Part shown: positions 1-12,269 of the stretch, one piece after another
Layout of the letters: every line of letters begins with the position of its first letter
Numbering within the stretch: position 1 is the first letter of the stretch
Source: Eukaryota sp. TZLM1-RC
Lineage: Eukaryota; Protista; Metamonada: BaSk clade
NCBI GenBank assembly: GCA_040285825.1
Contig: JAUPSS010000004.1
Location: forward strand, 6,415,784-6,479,783
DNA length: 64,000 nt
Direction: 5' to 3'
The notes under the pieces: generated by a model
The model's database searches: none
The model's input: only the letters and a program-made list of their open reading frames with translations
What the model was told of the DNA's origin: nothing
Translations under genes and position numbers: made by a program

Positions 1-545
1 TATTGGTGAATTGGAATTGGAAAATGCTGCATTATGGTTAGAACTTGACGAGGGTCAACATGGGTGACAACACCGTCCACCACACTGAGCATAACGCTGC
101 AGTAGTAGTGCTGCTGATGCTGGAAAAGGAGATCGAACGACCACGTGACTCCTGCGAGATCATTATTGTCGGGACGCACTGGTCTTGATTGAGCAGAGAT
201 ACCGATCATAATGTCATGTAAAACCCGTCCAACACTTTCCTGTGGATGTGTTTGGGCAAACGCATTCAAATAATCGCCAGCTGCGATGAATCTTTTAACA
301 ACTGACGCTCTAGGATCAACCAAAACCTGGTTTGGGTGTTTAATCTGATACTGATGAGGATCAACACTGCGAAACTTGGCAACTACTGTTTTCTTGACGT
401 ATTTGGCTGCCCCACACCACAAGGTTCCTTCACCCATCCTTTTTAGCTGTGTGATATGGTAAGGGTGTTCAAGGGACGGCTTATGGCGAGTGGCACCCAC
501 TAAGAACAACAGAATCGGCTCATTGTGTACAGAGCGTGGTGTCAT
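1..545 (-). CDS. Hypothetical protein, 3' end runs off the window
   Basis: Manual translation from ATG at 545 (MTPRSVHNEPILLFLVGAT...) stays open to position 1. GC content is gene-like against an AT-rich upstream flank. No recognised motif. Confidence 0.6.
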   Translation of the reverse strand, partial: MTPRSVHNEPILLFLVGATRHKPSLEHPYHITQLKRMGEGTLWCGAAKYVKKTVVAKFRSVDPHQYQIKHPNQVLVDPRASVVKRFIAAGDYLNAFAQTHPQESVGRVLHDIMIGISAQSRPVRPDNNDLAGVTWSFDLLFQHQQHYYCSVMLSVVDGVVTHVDPRQVLTIMQHFPIPIHQ

Positions 546-1211
546 GCTTAAGAAAAATGAAAAATTGTGTCATGAATCACAATTTATTTAAATTGATTTG
601 AATGACAACTGACAAACATATTCGACATCTGTTGATTAAAAACTTCGCTTAGGTTGCACAGCACATCGATTGTTGGTGTATTCTAGATATATTATTCGAA
701 TTAAATCAGTACTCAAGCCTGAAATGCTTTGAAAACGTTTGAACATATGTTGTGGTTAAATCGAAGGCTCAAAGTTGGTTGATTCAGCAAATTTTTACAA
801 TGGTGTTAATATGGACAAAAAATTTTGACTTATTTGTCCTCTGAATAGTTGCAGAAAAATTAACTTAAATCTATTGCAATGCAACTTTAGGTAGTGCCAA
901 AAGGACCCATGTTGATTTCAATTGAGCATTCGTTGACATCAGCATGAATCATAAACACGTGCACTCACCACGAAAGAACCTCTTACTTTATGTCATTGTT
1001 GATAACACAACAGTTTTTGTAAGAAATGCCCAACGTTCATTAAGGCTTCTGTGCAAGACTAACCCCGCTTTACAATGCTTTTACACGGCAGTTGAGCCCA
1101 TTGTTACTTAGTGTCACTTTGTTTTGATAATAATTTGAAATAAACAATTAACAAGACAGATTCAATGATTAACAACAAAGGACAAAAACAATAAACAAAC
1201 ATATTCGTCAT

Positions 1212-1879
1212 CTAGTGAATATAAGCGATCGCTCTTACAGGAGACCCATCGCCATTCTTGAACTTCAATGGAAAACAGGAGAAACTGAACTCCTTGGCAT
1301 CAATTTCATCCAAATTGCAGAGGTTTTCAGTGATAACCATATCCTTTTTCATCAGAATGTGATGAATAGGGAAAGTAGTTGTAGAACAAGGATCAGGTGA
1401 AATACAGTCCTATTGTCAGTATGTGTGATTGTTCATACCATTCCAATTCCCTTGAGCTTGTACTGTACTAACCAATTGGCAGCATCAATGGAGAGAGTTG
1501 GGAATTCTTCAAAGTACTTCTCCTGTCCCCAAAACTGACTCCATCCAGTGTGGAGAATTACATACTCAGCACCTTGCAATGACTCGCTGTAAGGGCGTAG
1601 ATCGTCAATTTCGATGAACTCACGTCCAAGATTGCGGAGATCAATTAGAACAGCTTTCCCATGGTACTGTGAAATATCCCAGTCACTTAAAGAGGTTGCT
1701 CCCTCTGTCATGTGCTTGGGAGAATCGATGTGAGTTCCAACATGTGTGTTCATCGAGAACCTGACTTCTTCATAACCGTCTGTGGGAATATCATTGCACT
1801 GCTTAATCTCAACGGGTACAGTACCAGGATACAAAGGCATGCCATTTTCGAGTGTATGTGAGAGATCTACGAGCTTCAT
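1212..1879 (-). CDS. Cyclase family metal-dependent hydrolase (kynurenine formamidase KynB-like), two exons (intron 1410-1438)
   Basis: Motifs DLSH..GMPLYPG and HVGTHIDSPKH (HxGTHxDxPxH). Removing a 29-nt GT..AG intron restores GIGM|DCISPD...ENLCNL...FPLKFKNGDGSPVRAIA* with TAG at 1212-1214. Confidence 0.9.
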
Positions 1880-3036
1880 TGAATACAACTAAATATGACA
1901 ATTATTGTCATTTTTGAAGATGAAAACAGTTCAAAATATGTGAAGAATTATCCAGAAATTCATGATTGAATTGTTTGTTTTCACTTTTTGACATGATGGA
2001 TCACCACATCCATTGCCAAAGCACACCTTTATCTGAAATTGAATTTTGGGAAATTCCCTCATAGCTCGACTGATCTAGTTTCGATCGGAATAAATATTAA
2101 AGCTATCTACAGATAATGATGCATTTCATTACCACTCATTCCGGCTTGTCAACATATTCAGGCATGTAAGTGTATCTCTATTGAAAAGCTTTTGTTGATG
2201 GCTTGGGTGAGTGTGGTTTTTCTTGTCTGATATAGCTAGAGGTATGTAAAATATATGAAATGTATTTAATTACAAGGAAAGGTTATTTCCCTCAATTTGA
2301 GCACATAGGGGCAATATTGATTATACTACAAACTAATTGAACTATAATATTAATACAATTCTCAATCGCCGAGGCTTACATTGTGAACCAATATTACAGA
2401 ATTCACAATTGTTACAGATGCAAGCTATCAAACCATGACATTCAGTAACCTAGATATTGATTTCTCTTATAAAATCTGGAATTGTTAACCCTGAACAATG
2501 TATCAACATTTTCAGAACAAAGGGGACATTTTGCTGAAAAGAAAGTTTCAATGATCATCAATACGTTAAATTCAGGTTTTGGAACAGGTCGATGATGTTG
2601 CGAAATTTCGTTTTTACCACAATCACCCTTTTGTTATTAAAGCTTATTTTGGATTGGGGAATTGAATGATTGAAATAAGAGTTGAAACAGAGTTTTAAAA
2701 TGGCAAATTTGTCATGTTTCTGCTAATTGAATTTCATCATTTGGTCAGTTTCAGAAATAAGACTCAATTTCTCAAATAATTGTTTGGAGATTTCATCTTT
2801 ATTGCCTTAGAAGAAACTGCTGAACAAGGAATTTCAACAACCAACCTTCGGTCTTTTCCTTGTGAATAAAAGCTTGTTTTTGTGAATACTCCACAAGTCA
2901 AAACTGTAAAACTCGATTGTTACCAAAACCTCTTTGTGACAATCACAAAATGAAATGATCAATAAAGGTTGCCAATTTTCAGCAATAGATGATAATTCGT
3001 TGTTTTGTAGTGTTGTGGATCAATTAGTTAAATTAA

Positions 3037-3080
3037 TTTATTGAATTTGCACACTTGATTAAATTAAATCATAACTTCAA
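3037..3080 (-). mobile_element. Tiny 3'-UTR remnant of RLE non-LTR family A
   Basis: The reverse complement AGTTATGATTTAATTTAATCAAGTGTGCAAATTCAATAAA matches the 3' tail of the copies ending near 22455 and 60322. Confidence 0.7.
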
Positions 3081-3456
3081 TCAATTAGTCTAGTATGTTA
3101 CAGACTTCACTAGTGATGGTCTTTTAGAGGACGAGCCAAATTTAATAAATATTCTAGCCTTAAGTTAACTAAAATGACATACAAGAAATCAGTCTACATT
3201 TTCGGTTGTCATTTCTATAAACTCTATCATTTGCTTCCTGTTTTGCTCTTTCTCAGTATACTATATTGTTCATCATTTTCGTTTTTCATTAACCCTTTTC
3301 TTAAATAAACAGAATATCTGAAGTCAACTCTCAACCATTTGAATTTTTATGTTTTGATCCATCTTCGGACAACTTCTCTCCATCTTGGTGAAAGTTGATT
3401 GAGTGCATCAATTGCTGTATCATCTGGAACAGTGGGAAATGGTAAATTAAAAAAAT

Positions 3457-4059
3457 TTAATCTTTTTCTAAAACCTGTGAATCAAACTGCATAAAATTGT
3501 GATGAAGAAAACAATGAAGATGATGATTACCAAGAATATTTAAAAACCTACGAAGCAAGGTTTTTTCGTGAGAGAATATTTCTGCCTGAATATCCATATC
3601 ATTGTCGGTTAATCTGGTCGCTTGAAAACTCATCATCAATGTAAGTAAATATTTACTCTCCAAAACATTATTACGGTCAAACCTTCCAACAACAATTGAA
3701 ATCAAAAACTTTCAAAACTTTGTTGATTTGAAACCCACTCATCCATTTGCACCCTGTTTTCTCTTTTTGTTGATAATCTCATCAGGAGGGAGAAATTGCC
3801 CATCAAGATTTTGGTAAAGATGACCATCCTGATAGGTTTCAAGTTCAATGCACATAACCATAGAAAGATTTTGATTTTTGGTCTTTGATTTCAACTTAAT
3901 CAAAGAATTAGGCTTGAAACCACTAAAACATGGCTCAATCTTTTTGACCATACTTGGTTCCGATGGTTGTTTTGTCAAAATCTTCCTGTTCTCTATATTC
4001 ATCATTGTATTTTCATTACAAATTTCTCGATGCAGTGCTTTTTGTTGTTTTTTCGACAA
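3457..4059 (-). pseudogene. Degraded ORF, possibly Ulp1/C48 protease-like
   Basis: Frameshifted segments read W-M-S-G-F-Q-I-N-K-V-L ... NILGNHHLHCF...MQFDS, loosely like the WLxxxxI and HW...FDS motifs. Confidence 0.3.
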
Positions 4060-5072
4060 AGAAACTTTGTTTTGGTTTAGGGTTTAGGGTTGATTGGGTT
4101 GATAGTTAGTTTTTATCAGCTCCATCTTTATCAATGTTATTTTCGGAATCGCTACACACAGGATTACAGTTGAAACTAACGAAAATTAATTATATTTATT
4201 CTCGGTTTTTGTTTTTCGTAATTTGTCTTCCTTATTGTTTAAGTGTTATCTGACTTGGAGCATCCATACTGTAATTTTTCCTGGTCCCTGATGGTAATTT
4301 CGTGCTCATTAAAAGTTCTGATACCGAGAGTCAGTCTCTTCCTTCTCTGGGGAACTTATTATTGTCATTTTTAAATAATCTAGTTATTGTCCTGTTTGTT
4401 TTGCTTTTTGGAGTTATCTGCTGGTCAATTCGGCGCTGTTATCATTCGTGTTCAAACAGATTTAATGCTTATGAAGCTAGAATAAACGTTAAAAGCGACT
4501 TGTGGAACCAATTTGTACCTCTTTTATTTAAACGCTTTTAACAACTGTGTACACTATCCAAATTATCAACCAACTCTATCATGTGAAAATGTCGTCAAAG
4601 CTAAAGTTATTCTTTTTGACCCTCTTATCATTTCTTCCACTTCTTGGCTTTGATCTAGAGAGCTCATGCAACCTCGATATGCCTTCAGCGATTCGGATGT
4701 CCAGGAAAGGTGAATTTGAGTTCAAAGTTGGTGTAATGCAATCTCTGTGGTATCGAATCGCCCCACTTATCGATAGTGGATACATTACAGCTGATCTGCC
4801 TATAGGTACATTCTTTTCTGTAGAGTTTCAACTTTGAGGTCAAGAGAAGTCTTGGTAACAAAAAGAAATCTACAGTCAGTCTTTCTCATCATTAAAATTG
4901 ATTTGGTAAAATCCAATATCTAACAAAGTTTCGTCTCAGTCTTTGGTTCATGATGTTCACTACAATTATAAGTTCAAAAATACAGTTAGCTACTAGTGAA
5001 CATAGTGAAAGCAACTGAAGAAGCTTAATTAAGAAAGAACTAAATAAATTAATTTTCAACTTTATTTACAAC

Positions 5073-6515
5073 TCAACACCGCCACTCTTCGCAAAACTTA
5101 TGAAGCTCCAAGTCAAAAGAAGGTTGAAGATTATCAAAAGCAATTAAAAGATCCTCACCACAATAACCTTTATGTTTACCCTTATTTCCAGTGCTCATCT
5201 TGTACTCTTCAATGAAACACTGCCCTTCCTCATCATCACTTCCTACCAAGCGGTCAAGGGAAACCTCAGTCGAGCCAACAAGATTTCTCCTAATGGGAAA
5301 GAACAAAGATTCTGAAACCCCTAAAACAAGATCACTAGCTGGCCATTTTTCAGTTTTGGTGACCACCTCTTCAATGGCAGCACCAACACCAGTATTTTCC
5401 AAGTGTTGGGAAAGATGTCTGGTTAAGATCGCTCTTCTTGCTTTGGAATTGGGTGGAGGAACGTAGATTTTACGGTGCAGTCTCCTTAACAAGGCATTAT
5501 CAAGTTCGTAAGGACGATTGGTGGCGACAAGGAAGAAAAGATCAAAAACCTTTCCATCAGAACAAAGACTATTGTTGACTCCATCAATTTGAGTGAGAAG
5601 TTCAGCAGAAAGACGCCGACTGGCTTCATGATCAGATTCTTTTGGGAAAATGCAATCAATTTCGTCCACAAACAAAACACACGGAGAATTCTGTCTAGCT
5701 ATTGAAAACATTGTCCTCAGCACCTTTTCACTCTCTCCTCTCCACTTACTTACCAGACTGGACCCTGACAAAGAGATGAAAGCACAACCAGCTTCAGTAG
5801 CGACAGCCCTGGCTAACAGAGTCTTACCGCATCCAGGGCTACCATAGAGAAGAGCAGAGGTAGGAGGTTTGCAATTGTTGGAAGAAAAGAGTTTGGGTTT
5901 AAGAATTGGAAGTATAGCTGATTCGAACAGTACTGATTTTGCTCTCCCCAACCCGATGACTTCCTTAAACTTCAAGGGCGGTGGAGAAGAAAGAAGGTCA
6001 GTGAGAGAGGGACCAAGCGAGTCTTTGACGTCTTCTGGTACACAACCTAGGTTTAGAGGAGGAGGAGAGGGGGGACGGGTGGGAGATTTAGGTTTAGAGG
6101 TGCAAGAAACAATTGAAGGCTCTAGTGAAAACTGATTATTTGGTTCAGCTTTGGCTTTCCTTGTAGGTTTAGAAGATTTTGGTTTGGATGAATTCAGATA
6201 AGGACCTCGTGTGGTTTCTGGTTTCTTTTTGAATAAAACGGGAATTGAAGAGTAATTAGTTTCAAAATGATTGAACCAAAAGTTGAGCAAAAAAGAAAGA
6301 GAAAGGTTGTCTGCAAGGTCGAACTGTTCTAAAGAAAGACCACTATCGGTTTCAAGTTGAGCAACAGACTTGTAAAAACCGGCTTCGTTTAGGAATTGAA
6401 GACAGAAGAGAATCTGAGCTTTGTGAGCATTAGTCCTGCGCTGATGGTCGGCATCCAGTGCACGACTGTTGGCTTTTGTAGAATTATATGAAGCTGTGGA
6501 GCGAAGAGCGCTCAT
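5073..6515 (-). CDS. KATNAL2: Katanin p60 ATPase-like 2 (LisH + AAA ATPase)
   Basis: N-terminal LisH-like ILFCLQFLNEAGF..S..QLE.DSGLSL..FDLADN, Walker A GSPGCGKT, SKWRGESEK pore loop, Walker B FVDEID, and SRH ATNRPYELD.ALLRR. Confidence 0.85.
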   Translation of the reverse strand: MSALRSTASYNSTKANSRALDADHQRRTNAHKAQILFCLQFLNEAGFYKSVAQLETDSGLSLEQFDLADNLSLSFLLNFWFNHFETNYSSIPVLFKKKPETTRGPYLNSSKPKSSKPTRKAKAEPNNQFSLEPSIVSCTSKPKSPTRPPSPPPLNLGCVPEDVKDSLGPSLTDLLSSPPPLKFKEVIGLGRAKSVLFESAILPILKPKLFSSNNCKPPTSALLYGSPGCGKTLLARAVATEAGCAFISLSGSSLVSKWRGESEKVLRTMFSIARQNSPCVLFVDEIDCIFPKESDHEASRRLSAELLTQIDGVNNSLCSDGKVFDLFFLVATNRPYELDNALLRRLHRKIYVPPPNSKARRAILTRHLSQHLENTGVGAAIEEVVTKTEKWPASDLVLGVSESLFFPIRRNLVGSTEVSLDRLVGSDDEEGQCFIEEYKMSTGNKGKHKGYCGEDLLIAFDNLQPSFDLELHKFCEEWRC

Positions 6516-6814
6516 ATCATTCTTACAGATATAATCTATATTTAAGAAACAAAGGACCTTGGAAAAGATGTAAAAGATCCTTCAGTTGTCAGATTTTACC
6601 TTTCTATCAATGTGTTAGGTGACTTGTTCTCAGATCATATCACAGTCAGTCTCTCTACATTGATGTAAAAGACAGTCAATCCACTCTCACTATTATCTAT
6701 GACCCTACCGTTTTCAAACAAAAGACCATTTAATTAATATTATTTTACTGAATACAATTGTGAGAAACGATAAATTTGATTTATTATTAGGAACTTGCAA
6801 ACTTAACAAAATAA

Positions 6815-8990
6815 GCTCATAACTAATGGGACGAAATTCATTGAACCAAGATTTCCTCAACAAATTCTTGATCTGCTTAATGTCTAGCTAAAACTTCTCT
6901 TATTCGATCGAAAAAACGAGGCAGTCTAATAATAATGGCAAATTGAATTCGAGGGCGCCTTAAAAGGATATCAAATCTTTTCATTGTTTTTTCTTGAACC
7001 ATATATTGGAAATCATTTAAAAAAGTTCCTGCTTCTACTGATAGTCTTCCGTTTATAGAAAATGGGAAAGCAATAATAACAAGTGGTCTTTTTCTATCAG
7101 CATTGGCTTTTTCGATATCTTTGTCATATTTTCTATGTTTTTCTTTAGCTTTAAATTCAAGAGCAGTCACAGGAATAAGTTTTCTTCTTTGAACCAAAGT
7201 GTCATTTGAACATTATGGGAGACATAGTCAACAACAGCTTCAGCGTTCTCAATCCAATCACAGTATACATCACCTATGTCATCAGAACCAAAATTATTCA
7301 ATGGCGGTGTTTCTGTCAGCAGAGGCTCTTTAAAACACGAAATTCTTGCAGTTCGTGCCATGTTAAAAACAGTGTCTCTAACAGCATCCTGTAATGAAGA
7401 ACGATAAGTTATCAATATCGAACAAATCAGTACATGACGCAAAGTGAGCTGTGGTGAATTCGAACAAATACATTTTTCTATCAATAATAATTGATTAATG
7501 GGAATATTCAAATATAATCCCATTTTTGTTACAAACGCTTCATTATGAGCACACATTCCAAATCTTCGTGGCATGGTCACAAACAGTGAAGAATCAATGA
7601 CTGATTTTCACAAACACTTTTTTCCAATAACAATGAGTGAAGATCTTGATTTAAAACAGCCGAGCTGCATATATTATTATAAAGATCATTTTCATACATT
7701 CCAGTCAGTCATTTCTGTAATGTTCGAAGAGTGTATTTTAAATTTAAGAAATTCTTTTCAGCAATATTACCATTGGATGATTGGGGAAAGCATCGACTCC
7801 ATTTTTCTACATCGATTTTTGAAATTTTTTCATTTAATGCAAAAATAGTAGATCTTTGTGTTGTCATTAATATTTCTTCCTAATCTGGAAATCTTTCAGG
7901 AAACTCAAATACTGCATTTCTGCATCCACCGATGAAACCACACGAAGTAAGAATAGAAGCCTTTGTCAAACCTAAACTGCCATAATGTGGACTAAGATAA
8001 GCATGATCAGGAATTTGGAACATTTTACATCCCAGTAATTGTGACATAATTTTGGAACGTACTTCACTAAACTTCTGAACCGAAGGCTTAGTGATAAGAG
8101 GATTTGTAGTTCGAAATATATGATCAAAATTTGAATTGAAACCAAGTCTTTTGATGGTAAATTTGATATGTTTCTGTACATCCAATTTCATTGTTTGGTC
8201 AATTTTTTCAGAAATTAAATTCAACTTATCAAAGAATTCTTTGGTAATTTCATCGTTATTTCCTAAAAACGAACCCAAATGACGAATAGCATCAGTTGAA
8301 CATAACTTGGCTTGAATTTCAATAACATCAACTATTGTTGAAACTGGAAAGTTTGAAAGTAAAACAGTGCGGAAGACCAATAATGTTGAATAATTCTTTG
8401 AAACATAAATTAACATAAATTTGCTTCTCTGAAAATTAATTATTATAATTAAGTCATTTATAAAAACAACATCATCCTTATAAGCAATCATATTTACGGG
8501 GGGAACCATTGCTTGAATTTGTAACAAAATTGGATGAATGACCAGACAAAACAAAAAAGGTCCTAAGGGCTACTTGTATAACACCTCATGATGATTTCAA
8601 AATAGAATTGGTAAAATGCAAATCAGAATTGGTGCAATATGTTGTTTGAAAATAAGGTAACAATTCTGGCAATTCAACGAAGCACCATGTATACTGCACC
8701 GATGAATTGAATTGAGAGCATTACTAAAAACCGACAACATGTAAACATTGCATTCCTTTTGATGAAATAAAACATCTGAAGCAAAGACAGCTGAAGCAAC
8801 TCCATCAGTAGTATTAATACCGTATTGAAATGGTAACAAATTTTTTTTGCTTTTTCGTTGAATCTGTTTAAACAGCAAGTTGAAAAAATATTGTGCAGAG
8901 TTTCAGAAACTGCAATTGGACGAACAAACATTTTTGAGTTCTTTACAAGTGCAGTCAGACGTGAACATCTCAATTCTTCAGAATTAATGA
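6815..8990 (-). mobile_element. RLE-type (CRE-like) non-LTR retrotransposon, family A, decayed RT + zinc knuckle + restriction-like endonuclease
   Basis: RT motifs RPIAVSE, FQYGI, NALNSIHR and AYKDD, then CICSNSPQLTLRHVLIC knuckle, GD..D endonuclease core and KEKHRKY..FPFSING. Multiple frameshifts. Near-identical to the copies at 21.6 kb and 58.8 kb. Confidence 0.9.
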
Positions 8991-9079
8991 AACAATTGTG
9001 GTGTTAAAGTCCTTGCTATGGTCATTTGAGTAGTCATTGGTATGATTATTTGAATGGTCATTGGTCTGATTAGTTAAGT

Positions 9080-9300
9080 TGAGTGTAGCTTTTATGTTCA
9101 TTTTGTTGAAATTGTAAAACAACGTACAGGAAGAATTTTTGACAAAACGTTTTGGCAGAACAGAATTGTATTTTCAATTTTTAAAGGTGTTGTCCCGTTA
9201 TTGTCTTCTGCTTTATTACTTCTTGGTCGCTTTTATGAAGGAAAAACTTTCAGTCAATCTTTGTTGGCTGATTTAAGATGTGAAGATTTAGAATTTTAAT
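9080..9300 (+). mobile_element. 3' fragment of RLE non-LTR element
   Basis: Translates VKQRTGRIFDKTFWQNRIVFSIFKG...EDLEF*, homologous to the other RLE C-termini in the window. Confidence 0.75.
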
Positions 9301-10033
9301 TTTTGTGTTTAGTTTTTTGAAAGTAATAAATTAAAAATTTGAAAAAAAATAACCGCAGACCTTCCGCGTGGTTTCTTTTTGATTACTGAGAAGACTTCTG
9401 ATGTCGTCAATGGATGGCTTTCCCAAAAATCTCCATAATAATTTTGATCCATTATTGGGTCTTCAAATGAATGAAGGATCTTGAGTTTATCAAGAATATC
9501 TTGGTTGCTGAAACGATAAAATAATATCTAAATGAAATTAACCTAGCTGTAATCATAAACTTTGCTCAAGATTGTGAATCTGTCTTTTTTCGAAATTTGC
9601 GATGGTTTTAACGAGTTGATTGAAAAAGTTGACTTCTGAAATATGGCTTATAGCGGTGTTGTAAATTCAATCCACTAAGAAGAAGAAAAGTACAACAAGT
9701 AAAACTATTGTTATAACAAAAACCTATGTTTATCACCATCACTATCCTCCACACATAAATCTACAATTATCATGGTTGTTTCTCAACTGAATAATAAAAT
9801 AAAATCAAACTAATTCATTATTATGCCATTGCTACTGAAACAATTCCGTACATCCTTGATCAGATATCTGTGGTAAAAATTGAACATTCTGAGTTGTATA
9901 AATAATCACACACCACTTTTTTTCTTGGACAAAGAAATCCCAATATCTCCAACAAAATTAGTGAAAAAAGTTTAAAAAAATTTACAAATACAGAAGAATT
10001 AATCAAAATTAAATTAACCACCAAAACAAATAC

Positions 10034-10429
10034 CTAAAACCCACCTTTTGGATTAAAGGCCTTTGCTATACCTTTCTTTCGTTCTCTTATAGTAAGCTTG
10101 ACACCTTTAATAGAAACTGGGAGCTTTTCATGATATTTTAAAATCTTTTTCATTTCAACAGCTGATTTAGTGTGGAGAAATGCAAACCCTCTATTCCCAA
10201 AGTAATCAATCTTTAGAACATGTGCAATTTTCGACATTCGTTCAAATAAATCTATTGACTTTGTACAGGGAGAAAAATTGGAAATGTACAGCACGTGATT
10301 ATTCTTTGGCTTATTCTTTCTTGTAATGTATTCTCTGTGACAGAGTGAATGTCCCGAACAAAAAGAAGACTGTTCATGGTGAACAGTGTTATCCATAAGA
10401 AACTGGTAGCTGAGAAGGGAGGGTGACAA
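10034..10429 (-). CDS. Small RRM-domain protein
   Basis: RNP2-like LYISNF and RNP1-like RGFAFL. True start is probably the internal ATG (MDNTV). Confidence 0.7.
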   Translation of the reverse strand: MSPSLLSYQFLMDNTVHHEQSSFCSGHSLCHREYITRKNKPKNNHVLYISNFSPCTKSIDLFERMSKIAHVLKIDYFGNRGFAFLHTKSAVEMKKILKYHEKLPVSIKGVKLTIRERKKGIAKAFNPKGGF

Positions 10430-10462
10430 ATCAAAAAGAAACCATAAGGTTGGTAGGTATCT

Positions 10463-11047
10463 TTAAATTAAATCTTCAAGAGAAACTGTTTTAGAGAACT
10501 TCTTGGATGAATCCTTGATGCGATCAGATAGCTTTTGGAAGTTCCTGATGAACATGACAGATGGTGTAGAAGTAGAGGGTTCATCCTTTTCTGATTCAGA
10601 CTGATGTTGAGATTCTCCATTGCTTGCCAACTGAGAGTTTAAATCAGGGAAGTCAAGAGGATTTTTGACCGAGTCAGTGGTGTCATTTTGGTGTTTGGAT
10701 TGAAAATAAGGAACGGGTAAAACAGGTTCCAATAAATGACTTTGTGTTCCCTCGGCTTCTTTATTATATGGAGACCTTCCAGAACCTTGACGTAAGCCAG
10801 TAGGGGCTGAGTGAAATAAAAAGTCAGTGTCTACACTGGCTAGAGAGTCTCTGGAAACAGTTGGGGTAACATCTGGTAGTGATTCAGATGCCAACCGACT
10901 ACGTTTGACTGATTTGGGAGTTTGTGGTGCTATTTCAGAAGACCTGTGCTTAATGGTTTCCTGGTAGGCTATAAGAGGATTGAGTTCATGTTGGTTATGA
11001 GTTTCTGTGAAATCGAGAAGATTAATGAATGGACTTTTAAAAGCCAT
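10463..11047 (-). CDS. Hypothetical low-complexity Ser/Pro-rich protein
   Basis: 194-aa ATG-initiated ORF preceded by a variant (CATCTGTAACTA) of the upstream motif seen at other genes. Confidence 0.6.
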   Translation of the reverse strand: MAFKSPFINLLDFTETHNQHELNPLIAYQETIKHRSSEIAPQTPKSVKRSRLASESLPDVTPTVSRDSLASVDTDFLFHSAPTGLRQGSGRSPYNKEAEGTQSHLLEPVLPVPYFQSKHQNDTTDSVKNPLDFPDLNSQLASNGESQHQSESEKDEPSTSTPSVMFIRNFQKLSDRIKDSSKKFSKTVSLEDLI

Positions 11048-12269
11048 TAGTTACAGATGATGTCTATAACAATGAAATAAGTGTCCTTTTTACACCGATT
11101 TAACCAGCCTTTTTAAATAGAATTCTCAAACCTTTTCCTTTGGTAGGTTCTTTGAATTTCATGTGTTTTCGTTGTTTCCAGTCTCCGAATCCATTAACTA
11201 CATGACCTGGATCACCAATTACTGATTTGAATCTCTGGGTCATCTTCGCCTCAGATCTTGTGCGATTGATCTCAGCCCACCATCTTAGTTTCCTAAATAT
11301 TTTTTGATGATAGACTTCACCAACAATACTATTCGCATAATTCTTTTATTTGATATATGCCATAAATCTATCAAGCCTGCAGCTTTTGGAATTGAATTGG
11401 GATAAAGTTGCTTCCCATTCTGCTACAGATTTAGTTTTTTGATTATTATTTCTCAAATTTAATGAGTAATCAATTTCGTGGGGAATATTGATTTCTTGAG
11501 GTACTTCACCTCTTAATAAACTGATTGTTCTTTCAGTCATTTAATTAATTATACTGCTGATTAAATCCATCCTTTGTTGTTGCTCTTCAGATGGTTCATA
11601 ATTGGATAGATCAATCACTCTACCAGTAGAATTACTTATTATGATAAGAGGGTCATTCCGTATGCTGTTTCTTATTCTTTTGAGTTTGCAACTTTTCGAC
11701 TCAAATCTTCGTTGATTTTGAGTGTACCTGAAATGAACATATTTATCTCTCTCAGGTTTTTTTAATTGAGTCATTCCAGTAACTAAATTGGCAGAAAAAT
11801 AGAGTAGATCAGATTTCCCTGGATCAGCAGCAGCAAGGGTCATAACTTGAAATTCAGAAGGATTGATACTGGGATCATCAATATATTTTTCTTTATCTTT
11901 CAATTCTTTTGCAGTTACTTTGTATTATTTCAAGTCAATTCTAGATTGAATGAATGATACAGGTATTCCATCAGTCTCGATGCTAGACATGATGTACTTG
12001 GAACTTTCTGAATAAAGAATAGTGTTTTTAATCTTATCCATTTTCAAAAAGGTATTCCATATAACCAAATCAGCAGCTTCATTATTGCATTGGTAGAAGG
12101 ACTTTTGACCAAGAACGTCCTTGAATTCGACAAAGAACAAGTCTAATACACTTGTCTTGTCAATTCTGATATACGAGGGAATACAAACAATCTTCAAAGG
12201 CAGAGCATGAAAGAGGTTGCTCTGCTCATCTTCTGAATAATTATTAATATAAAAGATTGCCCTCAAATA

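Noticed and set aside
2050-2990. Possible kinase pseudogene (HPFVIKAYFG)
   Set aside because: No HRD/DFG motifs are recoverable and there are many stops.
4076-4089. TTTAGGG x2 telomere-like repeat
   Set aside because: Only two units in a GT-rich patch, as expected by chance.
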